Source: Acidobacteriota bacterium (GTDB lineage Bacteria; Acidobacteriota; Blastocatellia; Pyrinomonadales; Pyrinomonadaceae). Taken from it: a DNA stretch of 32,000 nucleotides. Location of the stretch: positions 38,114 to 70,113 of the forward strand of contig JBBPIC010000024.1 in NCBI GenBank assembly GCA_038040525.1, written 5' to 3'. The notes beneath the pieces are model-generated. The model searched no databases, was not told the origin of the DNA, and saw only the letters and a program-made list of their open reading frames with translations. The translations under genes were made by a program, and so were the position numbers. Shown piece by piece: positions 1 through 11,300 of the stretch (its first letter is position 1; each line of letters starts with the position of its first letter).

Positions 1-1110
1 CTAAGTGCCTTGCGCGGTCTCTTCAATTAGCAGGTCAACAACATCTTCAAAGTTGTCGCGGCGCGCGTAGGCGGCGCGCTGACGAGTCGCGCCGTTGCCG
101 CGGGCGAGCGTATCGTGCGTAAGGGAGTTGATCTCATCCCAGTCGCCGTACCTTTCGAGTGCCGGGCGGAGAGTCTCAAGTAGCTTTTCAATCAACTCGT
201 GCGCCGGGACGGCGCGCTTGTCAGCTACGTCAATCAACTTCGCTTCAAGGCCGTAGCGTGCGGCGCTCCACTTGGCGGCGCGCAATAGTTCCGGGCGCAC
301 ATCCAATGCTGATTCATTCTCGATCGCCTGGTCGTAGCATGTGCGCGCCAGGGCCCGGCAGAGGCCGGCGATCAGCACTGCTTCATCTATCGTAAGGCAG
401 ACATCAGTGACGCGAAATTCCAACGTCTCGAAGCGCGCGGAGGGTCGCACGTCCCAGTAAATTTTCGTCGCGTCGGAGATGCTTCCCGTCTGGACCAGCG
501 TGTCAACCAGCGCGTCGTACTCGGCGCGCGAAGCAAAGAACTGCGGCGTGCCAGCCATGGGCCAGCGCCGCCAGATGCCGGTCCGAAAGCTGGCGTAGCC
601 AGTGTCTACGCCGAGCCAGAAAGGCGAGTTAGCCGCGAGCGCCAAGAGCGGCGGCAGCCAAAGGCGCGAGCGATTCATTACCCGGATCGCCGCTTCACGA
701 TCACTTATTCCAATGTGCACGTGACAGCCGAAGATCAGTTGCTCGCTGGCGAGTTGTTGAAACTCGGTAGCGATGCCGCGATAACGCGCGTTAGGCGTGA
801 GTTGTTGATCTTCCCAGTGCGAGAAGGGGTGCGTGCCCGCCGCCACGATCCGGTTGCCATACTTCTCAGCCGCGGCAATCACTTCCCCGCGCAGGCGCAC
901 AATATTGGCGCGCACCTCTGCCACCGTATGACAGATCGATGTGCCGATCTCGATCTGCGACTGGTAAAGCTCTGGAGTTACCTGGTTACCGAGCGCCGCC
1001 TGCGCTTCTGGCAAGATGAGTTGCGCGCGCGAGCGCAACTCTCGCGTCGCCGGATGCACGATCTGATATTCCTCTTCGACACCGATGGTGAACGGTTCTT
1101 CGGTGGTCAT
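1..1110 (-). CDS. ybdK: Carboxylate-amine ligase, YbdK / glutamate-cysteine ligase family 2 (GCS2)
   Basis: The track ORF 1..1146 starts at GTG. I prefer the ATG at 1108-1110 (MTTEEPFTIGVEEEYQIV...). The TAG stop is at 1-3. Motifs FTIGVEEEY, AAGTHPF, FGCHVHIG, SPFW and YWDVRPS...ETLEFRV follow the YbdK/GCS2 pattern along the whole length. Confidence 0.85.
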   Translation of the reverse strand: MTTEEPFTIGVEEEYQIVHPATRELRSRAQLILPEAQAALGNQVTPELYQSQIEIGTSICHTVAEVRANIVRLRGEVIAAAEKYGNRIVAAGTHPFSHWEDQQLTPNARYRGIATEFQQLASEQLIFGCHVHIGISDREAAIRVMNRSRLWLPPLLALAANSPFWLGVDTGYASFRTGIWRRWPMAGTPQFFASRAEYDALVDTLVQTGSISDATKIYWDVRPSARFETLEFRVTDVCLTIDEAVLIAGLCRALARTCYDQAIENESALDVRPELLRAAKWSAARYGLEAKLIDVADKRAVPAHELIEKLLETLRPALERYGDWDEINSLTHDTLARGNGATRQRAAYARRDNFEDVVDLLIEETAQGT

Positions 1111-1653
1111 AGATTGATTGTAGCCCGCCGTTCGGCCCAAGCGCACGATCTGTGGATCCCCTACCGGGTGGCACCCACACTCTCTTTGGCTTAAAACAAA
1201 CTAGGTAGTTCCCAGATTCGGCTCGACATGTCTACAGGCTGCTGTGACGGCAATTACGATGAGGGGTAACCATCTCAATTCATCAGCATCGCTGTGGCTA
1301 TCACCTTCACCACATCACTGCTATCCGCGTCCTGGCGATCGCCCTCGTTGCCGTCTGGAGCCGGCGCTATCATCGCTGCTGTGAAAATCACTGTCGCTGG
1401 AGTAGCCGTTCATCGAATTCGAGAATCACATCCTTAGCCCCGAACTCGTCACGATCCTCGCATCAGACGGTGCGTCCTAGATTACCGGAAGCGAATGAGT
1501 GATCGATGGCGGGAGAACTCCAACGGTGTGAAAAATGCCGCGCTTTCTTCAATATAGGATGACGCTAAAATGACGACATTCCGTCGCCAGACGTAACCGG
1601 ACGAAGCACGACTTTGACGGCTGCAAGTCCGGTGAGTATTGGTTCATCTCGTT

Positions 1654-1740
1654 TGGCAAGATCAGGTAAGATGCCATCGAACGGACTTAAAATCCGTTGA
1701 CCGTAAGGTCGTGCGGGTTCGACTCCCACCCTCGGCACCA
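1654..1740 (+). tRNA. tRNA-Leu(UAA)-like sequence with a canonical 3' two-thirds; 5' acceptor strand not found (possible pseudo-tRNA or att remnant)
   Basis: 1681-1740 reads ACGGA/CTTAAAA/TCCGT (anticodon arm, anticodon TAA), then a long variable arm GACCGTAAGGTC. The T arm is GCGGG-TTCGACT-CCCAC with one C-A mismatch, followed by acceptor 3' strand CCTCGGC, discriminator A and an encoded CCA. A D-arm-like TGGC-AAGATCAGGTAAGA-TGCCA lies at 1654-1676. However, 4 extra nt precede the anticodon stem, and the complementary 5' acceptor strand (GCCGAGG) is absent upstream. Confidence 0.5.
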
Positions 1741-2099
1741 ATCATTTCCACGACTTACAAACACTTACTCATATGAACTAATTTTTCGCAACGGAGTTTC
1801 ATCCGTTGCGCAACCCATTTTCGTTAATATCATTGAGGAAAATTGCAAAGGCGTATTCGCTGGGAGCCCCTCATCAAGCACGGGCCATTGTATGAGGTCT
1901 CTCGTTTGAATAGCACTAGTAGGAAACCATGGTGCGGGTGGGTGCGTGGGGATTTGAAGGAAACCACTAAAGCTGCGCGTTTTCGTCTCACGCTACCATG
2001 TCGCCCACCGTATAGTGACAAATGACGTCCATATCTTCCAACGCCTCAGCGAGCGACATCACTTGCTTCGGCTGAGAGATGATTCGGCTCGGACTCCAG

Positions 2100-2370
2100 C
2101 GGCTTGAGAAACTTATGGCATTCCGAACTGAACTCGTGGCGGGCGCTGAAAAGGCCTGGCGAAGGAAGGCTTTCGGGGTCGCCGGACAGATTTTCAAGCG
2201 CCCCTTTCGCACCGCTCCACCCTCGTCTCGGGCCGTGTACTTGATGTGGAAGACGACGTCCGAGATGGTCTGTAGTCGAACTGGCGAAAAGGTCTTAGGC
2301 AACTCAAGCTTCCAGGTGCTGATGTCCCCGGCGCCTTCGAATGGTGGAATCGTTCCTCGCGCAGGTCGGC
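2100..2370 (-). pseudogene. Frameshifted relic of a TcA C-terminal (TcB-binding region) coding sequence
   Basis: The minus-strand translation gives ..IPPFEGAGDISTWKLELPKTFSPVRLQTISDVVFHIKYTARDEGGA... This parallels intact TcA ..YLPFEGAGAADSSWSLELF..RQFDYGTISDAVVHLKYTAREDAGA.. After a frameshift, ..LFSARHEFSSECHKFLKP.. parallels ..LNLRQDFPTQWHRFLHP.. DNA similarity is visible between 2233-2290 and 2916-2975, including an identical GTAGTCGAACTGGCG. An in-frame stop lies just upstream, and there is no start codon for the homologous part. Confidence 0.7.
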
Positions 2371-2397
2371 CTCTGCGACCGCGCTATGAACTAAAGA

Positions 2398-5300
2398 TCA
2401 TTCCCATTCATATCCCAACACTAAGAATACATCGCCCACTTCCATGGCCTGTGTCACCGGGTCTTCCTGCAAATTCCCGCTGGGGCCAGTCATTTCTAAT
2501 TGCCAGGTGACGGGCGGGTCGGCCGGGTCGATTTCGACAGCGACATCCCTCTGGCTGAAATGCAGACCGCCGTACAGGTTGACTCGGGCCAGCGTCAACG
2601 TGTCCGGGCCGGGCGGCAGCGGGGGTGCAATCACGACCTCGTAAGTCCCCGCGTCCGCGCAGCGCGCCAGCAGCCAGACCCTGTTGATGATCAGAGTCTT
2701 CCCCCCATCGCGGAAGGGGAAGAGGCGCGGCGCCATCTGCAACTCGAAGACGTTCGCGTCCCCCGCGTTGGGCGGGTGCAGAAAGCGGTGCCACTGCGTC
2801 GGGAAGTCCTGCCGCAGGTTGAGCATGAGCAGCGAAGGCGTCGCCCCGTCCTGGCTGAAGTAGTCCCGGAGGTGTGTCACTGCGCCGTTCTTGAACGCAC
2901 CGGCGTCCTCCCTCGCCGTGTACTTCAAGTGGACGACGGCGTCGGAGATGGTGCCGTAGTCGAACTGGCGCAGGGGTCTGCCGAAGTCGGGCGCGCCTGG
3001 GTCGGGGTTGTTCGAAGGGAGGTCTGTGAACAGCTCCAAAGACCACGAGCTGTCGGCCGCGCCCGCCCCCTCGAAGGGCAGGTAGCGCTCGTCGCGGAAG
3101 TTCAGCTCGAAGACGCCGCTGTCGTTCTGCGCGCTGCTGGCGGCGATGGCCTTGACGGGAATGTTGTTCTCGACGAAGCGCGTGTCGTCGGCGGGCAGTC
3201 CGTCGTCGTCGGCGTTGCGCGTGTAGCCGTTGTCGCCGTTGGCCGTGTTGACGCGGATGCTGTGCTTGAGCAGGCGCAGGGTGCAGGACACGGTGGTGTA
3301 GGGCCCGGCCACGCAGGGCAGCGTCAGGCTCACAGACTTGATGCGGCGGAAGTAGTGGCCTGGGAAGTCGAGGTCGAAAATCTCCTCGGGCAGTCGGAAG
3401 AAGCAGCGGCCCGTCTCGCGCAAACGTACCAGCGCGAGCGGGTCGAGCAGCGCCAGTGAGACGTGCTTCGTCATTTCGAACTCGCGCCGGTTCTGCTCAA
3501 GGTAAGCCGTTTCGAGACGGCGCAGGTCGTACTGTAGCTTCTCGCCCGAGAGCAACCCTTTCTTTAAGCTGTCCCAGTAGCCGAAGTTGATGTAGCTGCT
3601 GTCCTGCAAGCCCAGCTCGAAGCGGAAGCAGCGCTCGGCGCGCTTCGCGAGGTCGTACGCCAGACGGTAGCTCTGGAAGTAGATGCCGGAAATCTGCCCC
3701 ACCTGCCACTGGTACAGCTCCTGGTTGGTGTACTTCGAGCGCATGAAGGCGTCGGTCGCCTTGGCGTTCTCGATTTGGAGGACGTGGTTCTCCAGCTCCT
3801 TCTCGGTGAGCGCGACGCGCAGCTCGGCGGCGGCGATTGACTTCTCTATCTGCTCAAGCTCCTTGTTGGCGACGGCCTCCTGGAACTTCCATTCGTCCCA
3901 GCGCCGGTTGTGGCCCGCGTTGATAGAGGCCATCTGGGCGTCGCCCGCGTCAATCTGCGAGAGCAGGGAGAGCACGTCGGCCGCGAAGCCCGCTGCCTGT
4001 CCTAACTCGACGCCACCGATCTTGAACGTGGCGACGGGCGAGCCGCCGAAGCCTGTGGCGCCAATGTTGATGCCGGGGATGATGGAGATGCCGGCGGCGG
4101 TGACTTTGATTACCTGCGCGAGGTCCTGCTTGGTCTGCGAGGCGCTCAGCTTGTCGAGGTGCAGCCTCTCCTGAGAGCTGACTCGCTCGATGTCGCGGTA
4201 GAAGTTGCGGCGCGTCTCGATCACCGTCTTCGACCTCAACACCCCCTCAAGGTTCTCCTTCGCTTCTTCGATCTGCTGCTCGCGCACGGCCTTGACGGCT
4301 TCGAGCAGCTTGATCTCGTGGCTCTGTCGCAGCAGCCCGAGCGCCTCCGCGTCCTTCTTCTCCAGCGCGGCGAGCAGCGCCCCACCGAGCGCCTTCACGT
4401 CGTTGCAGACCTCGTTGGCCTTTTGCAGCAGCACGTTGAAGCGGTAGAGCGGCAGCGGCGCGTTGAGGTCGGCGAGCGCGCTGGAGATGTCGAGCCCGCC
4501 CGCGACGGCCTTGACCAAAGCGCCGGGGTCGATGGGCGGCTCGAAGAGCGCGAGCTGGCGCACCACGCCCTCGATGTTCATGCAGTGGCGAATCTTGTAG
4601 AGGCGGTCGGCCACGGTGTCCCAGTAGCCGAGCATCTTGTCGTTGTGCGGGATGCAGAAGTAGAGCATCGGCAGCGGCGCGGGGTCTTTGCCGTCGGGGT
4701 CGTTCCCCGAGAGCGGCGGGACGAGGTTCTCGACCTCCACCAGCGCGTTCGAGAACGTGTCGAACTCGTCCGCCAGCTCGTTGAAGCTCTCGACCGGAGG
4801 CTTCACGCGGGGCGGAATCTTCTTCGGCGGGGGGCCGAGAATTTCCGCCGCGAGGATGTAGAGCTGCGTCGCCTCGTTGATGCTCTCCATGCTGTCCTGA
4901 CGGAAGAGGTAGTCGCCCCAGGCGATGACGTTGTCGAGGTACTTCATCACCACCGTCTTCTGGTAGGCGACCGTGCGGTAGTTGGCGATGCGGTGCGGCT
5001 CGAAGGGGTTCGTGCGCCAGTCGAGCACCTGGGCTTCGAGGTCTTTCCGCGCCTGCGCCGAGAAGCCCGGCACGGTCGTGTCGCCCGCCAGCATGAGCAT
5101 GATGTTGTCGATGCGCTGTTGGACGTACTGCGGGTCGGTCGTCTCGAAGAAGGGTTTGGTGATCCAGTACTTGCTCATCGCCGAGCCGCCGGGCACCGCG
5201 CTCTCGACGCCGATGGGGTTGAAGATGAAGTGGTACCAGTCGTGCGCCTCCTCGAAGCGCTGGTTGCGGCTGAGCGAGTTGGCGATTAGCAGCGGGGCGT

Positions 5301-8300
5301 GGAAGAAAAGCTCCCAGTTGTAGGGCGAGTAAGCGCCGTCGGGCGTGAAGTCAAAGACCTCCTCCGGGTAGAACTCAACCGTGCCCGGCTCGACGACGGC
5401 CGGGGTCGGCTGGTACGCATGTTTGAAGCTGAAGCCCGTGTTCTTCAACTGCGTCTCGCGGCTCATCATGGCCGGGATGCCTTTGAGCGGGTTGTAGACC
5501 AGCCGGGCGAGGTCGCAGACGAACGGGTGGTAAAAATTCTTGAAGTGGAACTCACGCCGCTGAAAGAGCACCAGAGACCACGCGCCCAGGCCGCGGTGGC
5601 AGGCCCGCATGACGAGCCGGAAAAAGAGGCTCATAAACTGCTCGTCGGTGTAAGGCGGCGGCCCCTCTTCGGGGAATGCATTGAAGAGCGTCTGCTCGAA
5701 CTGCTGCCTGACGCCGGGGGGCAGCGTGCTCGGGTCGGCGTCTTGCATCCAGGATCGTATCAGGGCGGCGAACAAGTCTTCCCACGCGCGGAAGTCCCTC
5801 TTAATGTCGGGGTAGTACTTCCTGACGCCGTCGCCGTCGCCCTGTGGCTCGCCGCGCGGCCCCCGACCTTTTCTGACCGGCCCGAACGACGGCAGGACGA
5901 AGAACGTGCGCTTCTGGTCGTTGTAAAAGTACGGGAGCCACGTCCCCATCGGGATGAGCCCCTCGCCGAACCTGCCGCCGAGCGCCATGAGCCCGTCTAG
6001 CCAGAGCTTATCCATGTAGGACAACTGCCAGGGCGGGGTCATCCTGAAAATCCCCGGCGTCAGCCATAGGATGGGGGTCAGGCTCTGCACGACCATCGTC
6101 GAGAAGTTGTTCCCCGAGGGCAACACTCCGGCGAAGACGTTCCACAGCGTGAAGTCTTGCTGCGGGTGGTCGTCGCGGTGCTGGACAGGCCCGATCTCCA
6201 CGTACTTCGCGAACGCCGTATCGCTCCCGGTCGTGTCGCCGGTGGAAGCCTCCTCCGGCCGGAGGGCGTGTCTGTAGTTGCCCTCGATGTGTGACACGAC
6301 GGGCACGCCCTTGCAGCCGGCGATTTCAAACGTGGCGTTTATCCAGGCGTAAGCCCGATTGCCGTCGCTGCCGAGGCTCTGCCCCTCGCACCGGATGCCG
6401 AAGCGCCCGTCGATCTCGCTCCGGTCGATGACCCAGAAGTGGTAGTACTTCTTGACGATCTCGACCTTGTACGAATCGCTCAGCACGGAGTCCGTGGAGA
6501 CCCGCTTGGGCGTCCACTTCCCCTGCCGGTACTCGCTAACCGCGATCTGGAGCTTGAGCTGCTTCCACGTCTTAGGCACGTTGACCGACGACGAACTCTC
6601 CGTGTTGAATTTGGGCGCCGTCATCGTGTCGTTCGCCGTCTTGTGCGGCAGCTCCGTGAAGACCGGCCAGAAGAGGAACAGCCGGCGCTCCAGGACGGCC
6701 GGGATCAGGTAGTCGCCCTGGATGTCGAGGTCGATCTTCTCCCATGGCGTCCACTGTCGGTAGTCGTAGCTGCGGTAGTAATAGATGTGCGGCTCCATGC
6801 CGCGCGTGCGGCCGAAGACGTGGACGATGGTCTCGTCGCCGTCGTCCTCGTGGTAGAACCCGGCGATCTCAAGCTGCGCGACGCCGTCGAGCTTTTCGAG
6901 ATAGTTGGTGAAGGCCGCCTCGACGTTGTACTGGTCGATCTCGTTTTGCTGCAGCTCGTTCTCAAGGTCTTTGAAGAACTGCGAGCGGTCTTTCTTCAGC
7001 TCCGGCTCGATCCAGTTCTCCGGCCAGAGGAAGACCTTGCGGTTCGCCTCCCAGACGCGGTACTTGCGCATCCACTTCCACCAGCGCCACGCGCTGTCCA
7101 CGTCGCCGTTGACTTTCACGTTCGGCTCAAGGCCCATGTGGCAGCGCTGCACGAAGAGCTGCACCGACCCGGAGCCCTGCACCAGCCGGCTGGTCACCAT
7201 GCAGGAGCACATCTCCACGTCGAGCAGGTAGTATGCGTAGAGGTCGTTCTCGTTCTCCCACTTGCCGCTCGGGATGTCGGCGGGCAGCGGGCGGACTGTC
7301 GGCTCGGTGAGCATGTAGGCGTTGAGCGAGTCGCGCTTGCGCTCGCGCAGCACGTCCTGAATCTCTGTGCTCAGAGTGAGCCACGTCTCCTCGCCGAACT
7401 TGGCCCGCAGCAGCTCCCTCAGCCGCTTCGCCTCGTCGTAGCCGACGACGGCCGCCGCGAAACTCTTCGCGGTGTCGGCGCCGGCGTTGAGGTTGTCAAG
7501 GAAGTAGAAGGCGCGGCGCAGTCGCTCCCAGCTTTCGGCCAAAAGGTAGTCGGCCGGGAAGGCGAGGTCGAGCGAGGAGACGAGCGCCGCCACGTCCACC
7601 ACGCGCCAGTCTTCGTTGAGCAGCGCAACGTCGGCGGCGAAGAACTGCTCGGCCGTGGTCGGCGGACTGGCTGCCGCCGCCGCGGCGTAAGTGCCGCCGT
7701 CCAACTTCTCCAACACCTCCCAGAGGATGACTCCGGTCTCGGGCAGTTGGTCGCGCACGCGCAGCAGGCGGCCGGTTCGCAGGAAGCGTTCGAGCGAGGC
7801 GACCGCGCCCGCGTCGTCCAGAGGCAGCGACAAAAAGGCGAGGAGCTGCGCCGCGGCGGTCAGGCCGTCGAACGTCTCAAGCTCCGCCAGCGTCAGCTTC
7901 CACCTCTTCAGCATCGTCGCGACGCGGCCCAGCCAGAACCAGCCGTCGAAGGTCGTCTTCATCGACGCGTAATCGACCGCGCCCGTCGTGGCGGCGAAGG
8001 CGCCCGTCAGGTGTGCCAGCAGCGTGTCGGGGAGCACGGGGTAGTTGGTCAAAAGGCGTCGGGTCACGGCCTCGGTCAGCCCCGTCGCCGCGGCGCTCTG
8101 CCGCACGACGGCCTTCTCCGAAAGGGTCTTCGAAAGGTATGCGAGGGCCTTTCCGGCGGCGTTCGCGAGGCGCTTGGGGAAGGTGTCGTTGGCTGCCTGC
8201 GAGGCGTCGAGGTCCGCGTCCGTCAGCCAGACGCGCTCGTCGGTCGCGACGATGGCTGCGGGCTGGTCGCCCAGGCTATCGACGGCGTTGTGGTACGCGG

Positions 8301-11300
8301 CCTCCGCCGGGACGTTGGGGACGAGTGCGTGGAGCAGCGCACGCTCCGCTCCGCTCATGATGCCCGCGAAACGCAGCAGGCGCTGTTCGGCGTCGTAAGA
8401 AATTTTCGGGGCGAGGTCGGCGGACAGTTGCGCGTTGAAGTCCACGGCCGCGGGCAGCAGTTCGAGCGGGGCTTCGAAGACGGGCTCGAAGAACTTGACG
8501 GCGAGGCGCGGCACGCGGAACAGCTCGTTGATTGCGTCGGCAGGGTTGCCGGCCGTGACGAGCGCCGCGCGCTCGTCTTCGGTCATCACGCCGACGAAGC
8601 CGAGCCTCTGCGTCGCGGGGTTGTAGTGGATTGGGATAGACGGCCTATCGGGCGGCAGCGTCACGCCGCCCGGCAAGGCCGCCTCCACCTCAAGCGAAAG
8701 GTAGTTCGCCGACGCCGACTCCGACTGTTGGAACAGCTCCTCGACGGCTTGCTCAAAGGCCGTCAGCTCGGCCGGGTCTGCCGGCGCGGCTTCGGCCAAA
8801 AGAGTCGCGCGTTGCGCCTCACTCATCAGGCCGGTGAAGCGCAGCACCGGCGCGTAGAGGATGGGGATGAAGTTGGGGAAGTCGGTGATCTCTTCCGGGA
8901 AGCTGAATCCCGCGGGCAGCCCCGCGACTATCGCGCGCCCCGGCCATTGGAACAGCTCATCGACGGCCTGCTGGTAGGCCGGAAGTCCGGTGACGGCGGC
9001 CAGCGAAGCGTCGTTCAGCAAGACCTCGCGCTGTGCTTCCGTCAACGCGCCGCTGAAGTGGAGCGCCGGGTCGCTGCGGACGGGGATGTTGTTGGGCGCG
9101 CCGTTGACGTTCGCGGGAAAGGCGAAGTCAGGAGAGAGTCCCGCCGCCGTCGCTTCAAGAATCACCTGGCCGCGCAGCGCGCTGACGAAGAGCTGCGCCG
9201 CAGCCTCGTCCCGGTTGAGCTTCTGTAGGAGCGTGGTCAGCAACGTCGTCAGGCCGTCCGGCGTGAGCGAGTCGAGCTGCGCCGTGACGTGTTCGGCGCG
9301 GATCGCCTGAAGCTCGTTGCGCAGAGCGGCGAGGAGGCGTGCGGCGTCCGCTTCCTTCGGCGCGGCCTTCGACGCGCGGTCGGCGGCCAGCAGCCAGCTC
9401 AGCTCGTCCGGCGTGAAGCCGGCGGCCTTGATGCGGTCGGCCGTCTGCACGAACTCCCACGCCGCCTGCGGGTCTCCGAACTCGTCGATGTCCTGCTGCG
9501 AAAGCTTCAGCAGCGTCTTCCACTCTTCGGCCTTGAACTTCAGAAGCTTGGCGAGCCACGCGTGGCGCCAGATGAACGAAAGGTTCGCGAGCGTGAGCGC
9601 GTCGTCGATGTAGGGCGCGCCGTCGGAGGCGCGGGTCAGTCCCGCGTAGGTGGTCAGGTCGGCTTCGCCGATGCCGAGCGCCGCCATGATGACGGAGCGG
9701 TGATCGGCGGGCGCGGGCGTCGTCGTCAACGTCACGGGATCGAGGACGAGGTGCTCGTCCGTGAGACGGTGCGGCGCAGGCAGTCCCGAGTCAGGATCGA
9801 TGACGGGAGCGCCCGTGCTCGGGTCGATGACGGGGCCGAGGTCGCCCGTCGCCGGGTCGAGCTCGAACGCCGTGTCGAGGGGCTTGAAGAATCTCCGGTT
9901 GAGGAACAGGTTCTGGTAGAGGGCGTTCTCACGTTTCTTGTGCAGGTTGGTGAAGCGCGTCTCGGTGTTGATGTCGCCGAACAGCGCGCACGCGTGCTCG
10001 ACGGTCGCCTTCTTGCCCAAACGGTTTCTGAGCAAGCTGAAATAGAAGAGGTTAATCAGGAACGGCTCGTCGAGCGCGCCGCCCCCGATGCGCGGGTGGC
10101 GGATGACGAGGTCTAGCTCCCACATCTTCCAGCCCTTAAGCTTCCGCCACAGCCGCAGGAAGCGGTGGATGCGGTCGAGCCGGGTGGGGTTCAAGACCTG
10201 GATGACTTTCTGCTCGGTGTCGCACGAGTCGTCGAGGTGGTTGACGACGATGTCGCCGTCGGGGTTGATGAACTTCAGGTCGAGCAGCGCCAGCAGGTCG
10301 TTGTATTCGAGGCCCGTCTTCCGCAGAAAATTCTTGACGTTGCCCACGGCGGCCAGCCACCCGCCGCCGGTCTCCCCCCAGACCTCACGCTGCCCGCCGA
10401 CCGTCGTGTCGGCCACGAGGATGAGTTCTATTTCGTCGGGGGCGCTGATGCCGAAGTACTCGGCGGCGATCTCGCCGTCGGTGGGGTTGTTGGGCGCGGG
10501 GCCGCGCAGTGTGCGCATCAAGTCCCAGCGTTGCAGATTGGTCTTCTGGAACGCTGCCCTGACCTCCTCGGCGAACAGGTCGAAGGGCAGCGTGAGCGGG
10601 TACTTCGCCTCGCGCAGCTTCGCGTAGGCTTTGGGGTTGACGTACTGCGGGTACGCGCGCAACTCGTCGGCGCTCGCCTTGGTGTTGCGCAGAATCTTCG
10701 CGGCGAAGTCGGACGCGGGCGCCGCCTTCTTCAGAAGGTATGTCACGTCCTCGCCGTGCGCGACCCACTCGTCGGCCGTCGGCGCGGGGTGGTCGATCCG
10801 CGAGAGCGAGAAGTCGTCGCCGAGCGGGATTCTCTCTTTGCCGTGGTTGGCCGGGTCCGCGAGCGCGTCCGCGAGCGCCTGCGCGACGGCCGCGCGGGCC
10901 GCGGCGGGGTCGGCGGGGATTGCGTTGAAGCCCGTCAGCTGGAGGTCGTTCTCGTCATCTTTGTCGATCACGTCCTCCAGCACTTCGCACACAACGTCGA
11001 TGTAGGGCAGGGGCACGAGCGCGTTGTCGCAACTGAGCTCGATGAAGCCGAGGTCGGGGCGGCGCGTGAGGAGGAGGTCTTTGACCGTCTGACCGTTCTC
11101 GGCGTTGCGGTCTTTGAGGAACATCAGCAGGTCTGCGAAGTATGCGGCGGGGCTGAGGACCGAGCGGCAGTGCTCGCACTCGCAGAGGTCGCCGGCCTTG
11201 AAGAGGTTGTTCCAGTTGGGGAATTGCTTAAGGGCCTCGTCGCCGTTCTTCAGCGCCTCGGGCAGGGCTTCGGCCTCGAGCGCCTTGAGATCTGTGACGA

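Noticed and set aside
1681-1700. A possible group I intron in the tRNA-Leu(UAA) anticodon loop, as in cyanobacteria.
   Set aside because: The anticodon loop CTTAAAA is uninterrupted in copies 1 and 2. The defect lies in the 5' half, not in an anticodon-loop insertion.
1988-2302. A 104-aa minus-strand ORF considered as an independent small gene.
   Set aside because: Its recognisable part (ISDVVFHIKYTARDEGGA) is homologous to an internal piece of the TcA C-terminus, and that homology continues upstream of its start and in another frame downstream. I therefore treat it as part of the tcA relic pseudogene.
6439-9228. A 929-aa + strand ORF, plus other long + strand ORFs inside the tc genes (e.g. 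4159-5289, 5299-6000, 10165-11439, 14680-15408, 17113-17880, 18802-19785, 19939-20685).
   Set aside because: They lie antisense to ORFs with strong family-specific Tc motifs along their whole lengths. Their translations are Arg/Val/Gly/Ala-rich low-complexity strings, typical of stop-poor antisense frames in high-GC DNA. No RBS or recognisable domains were found.
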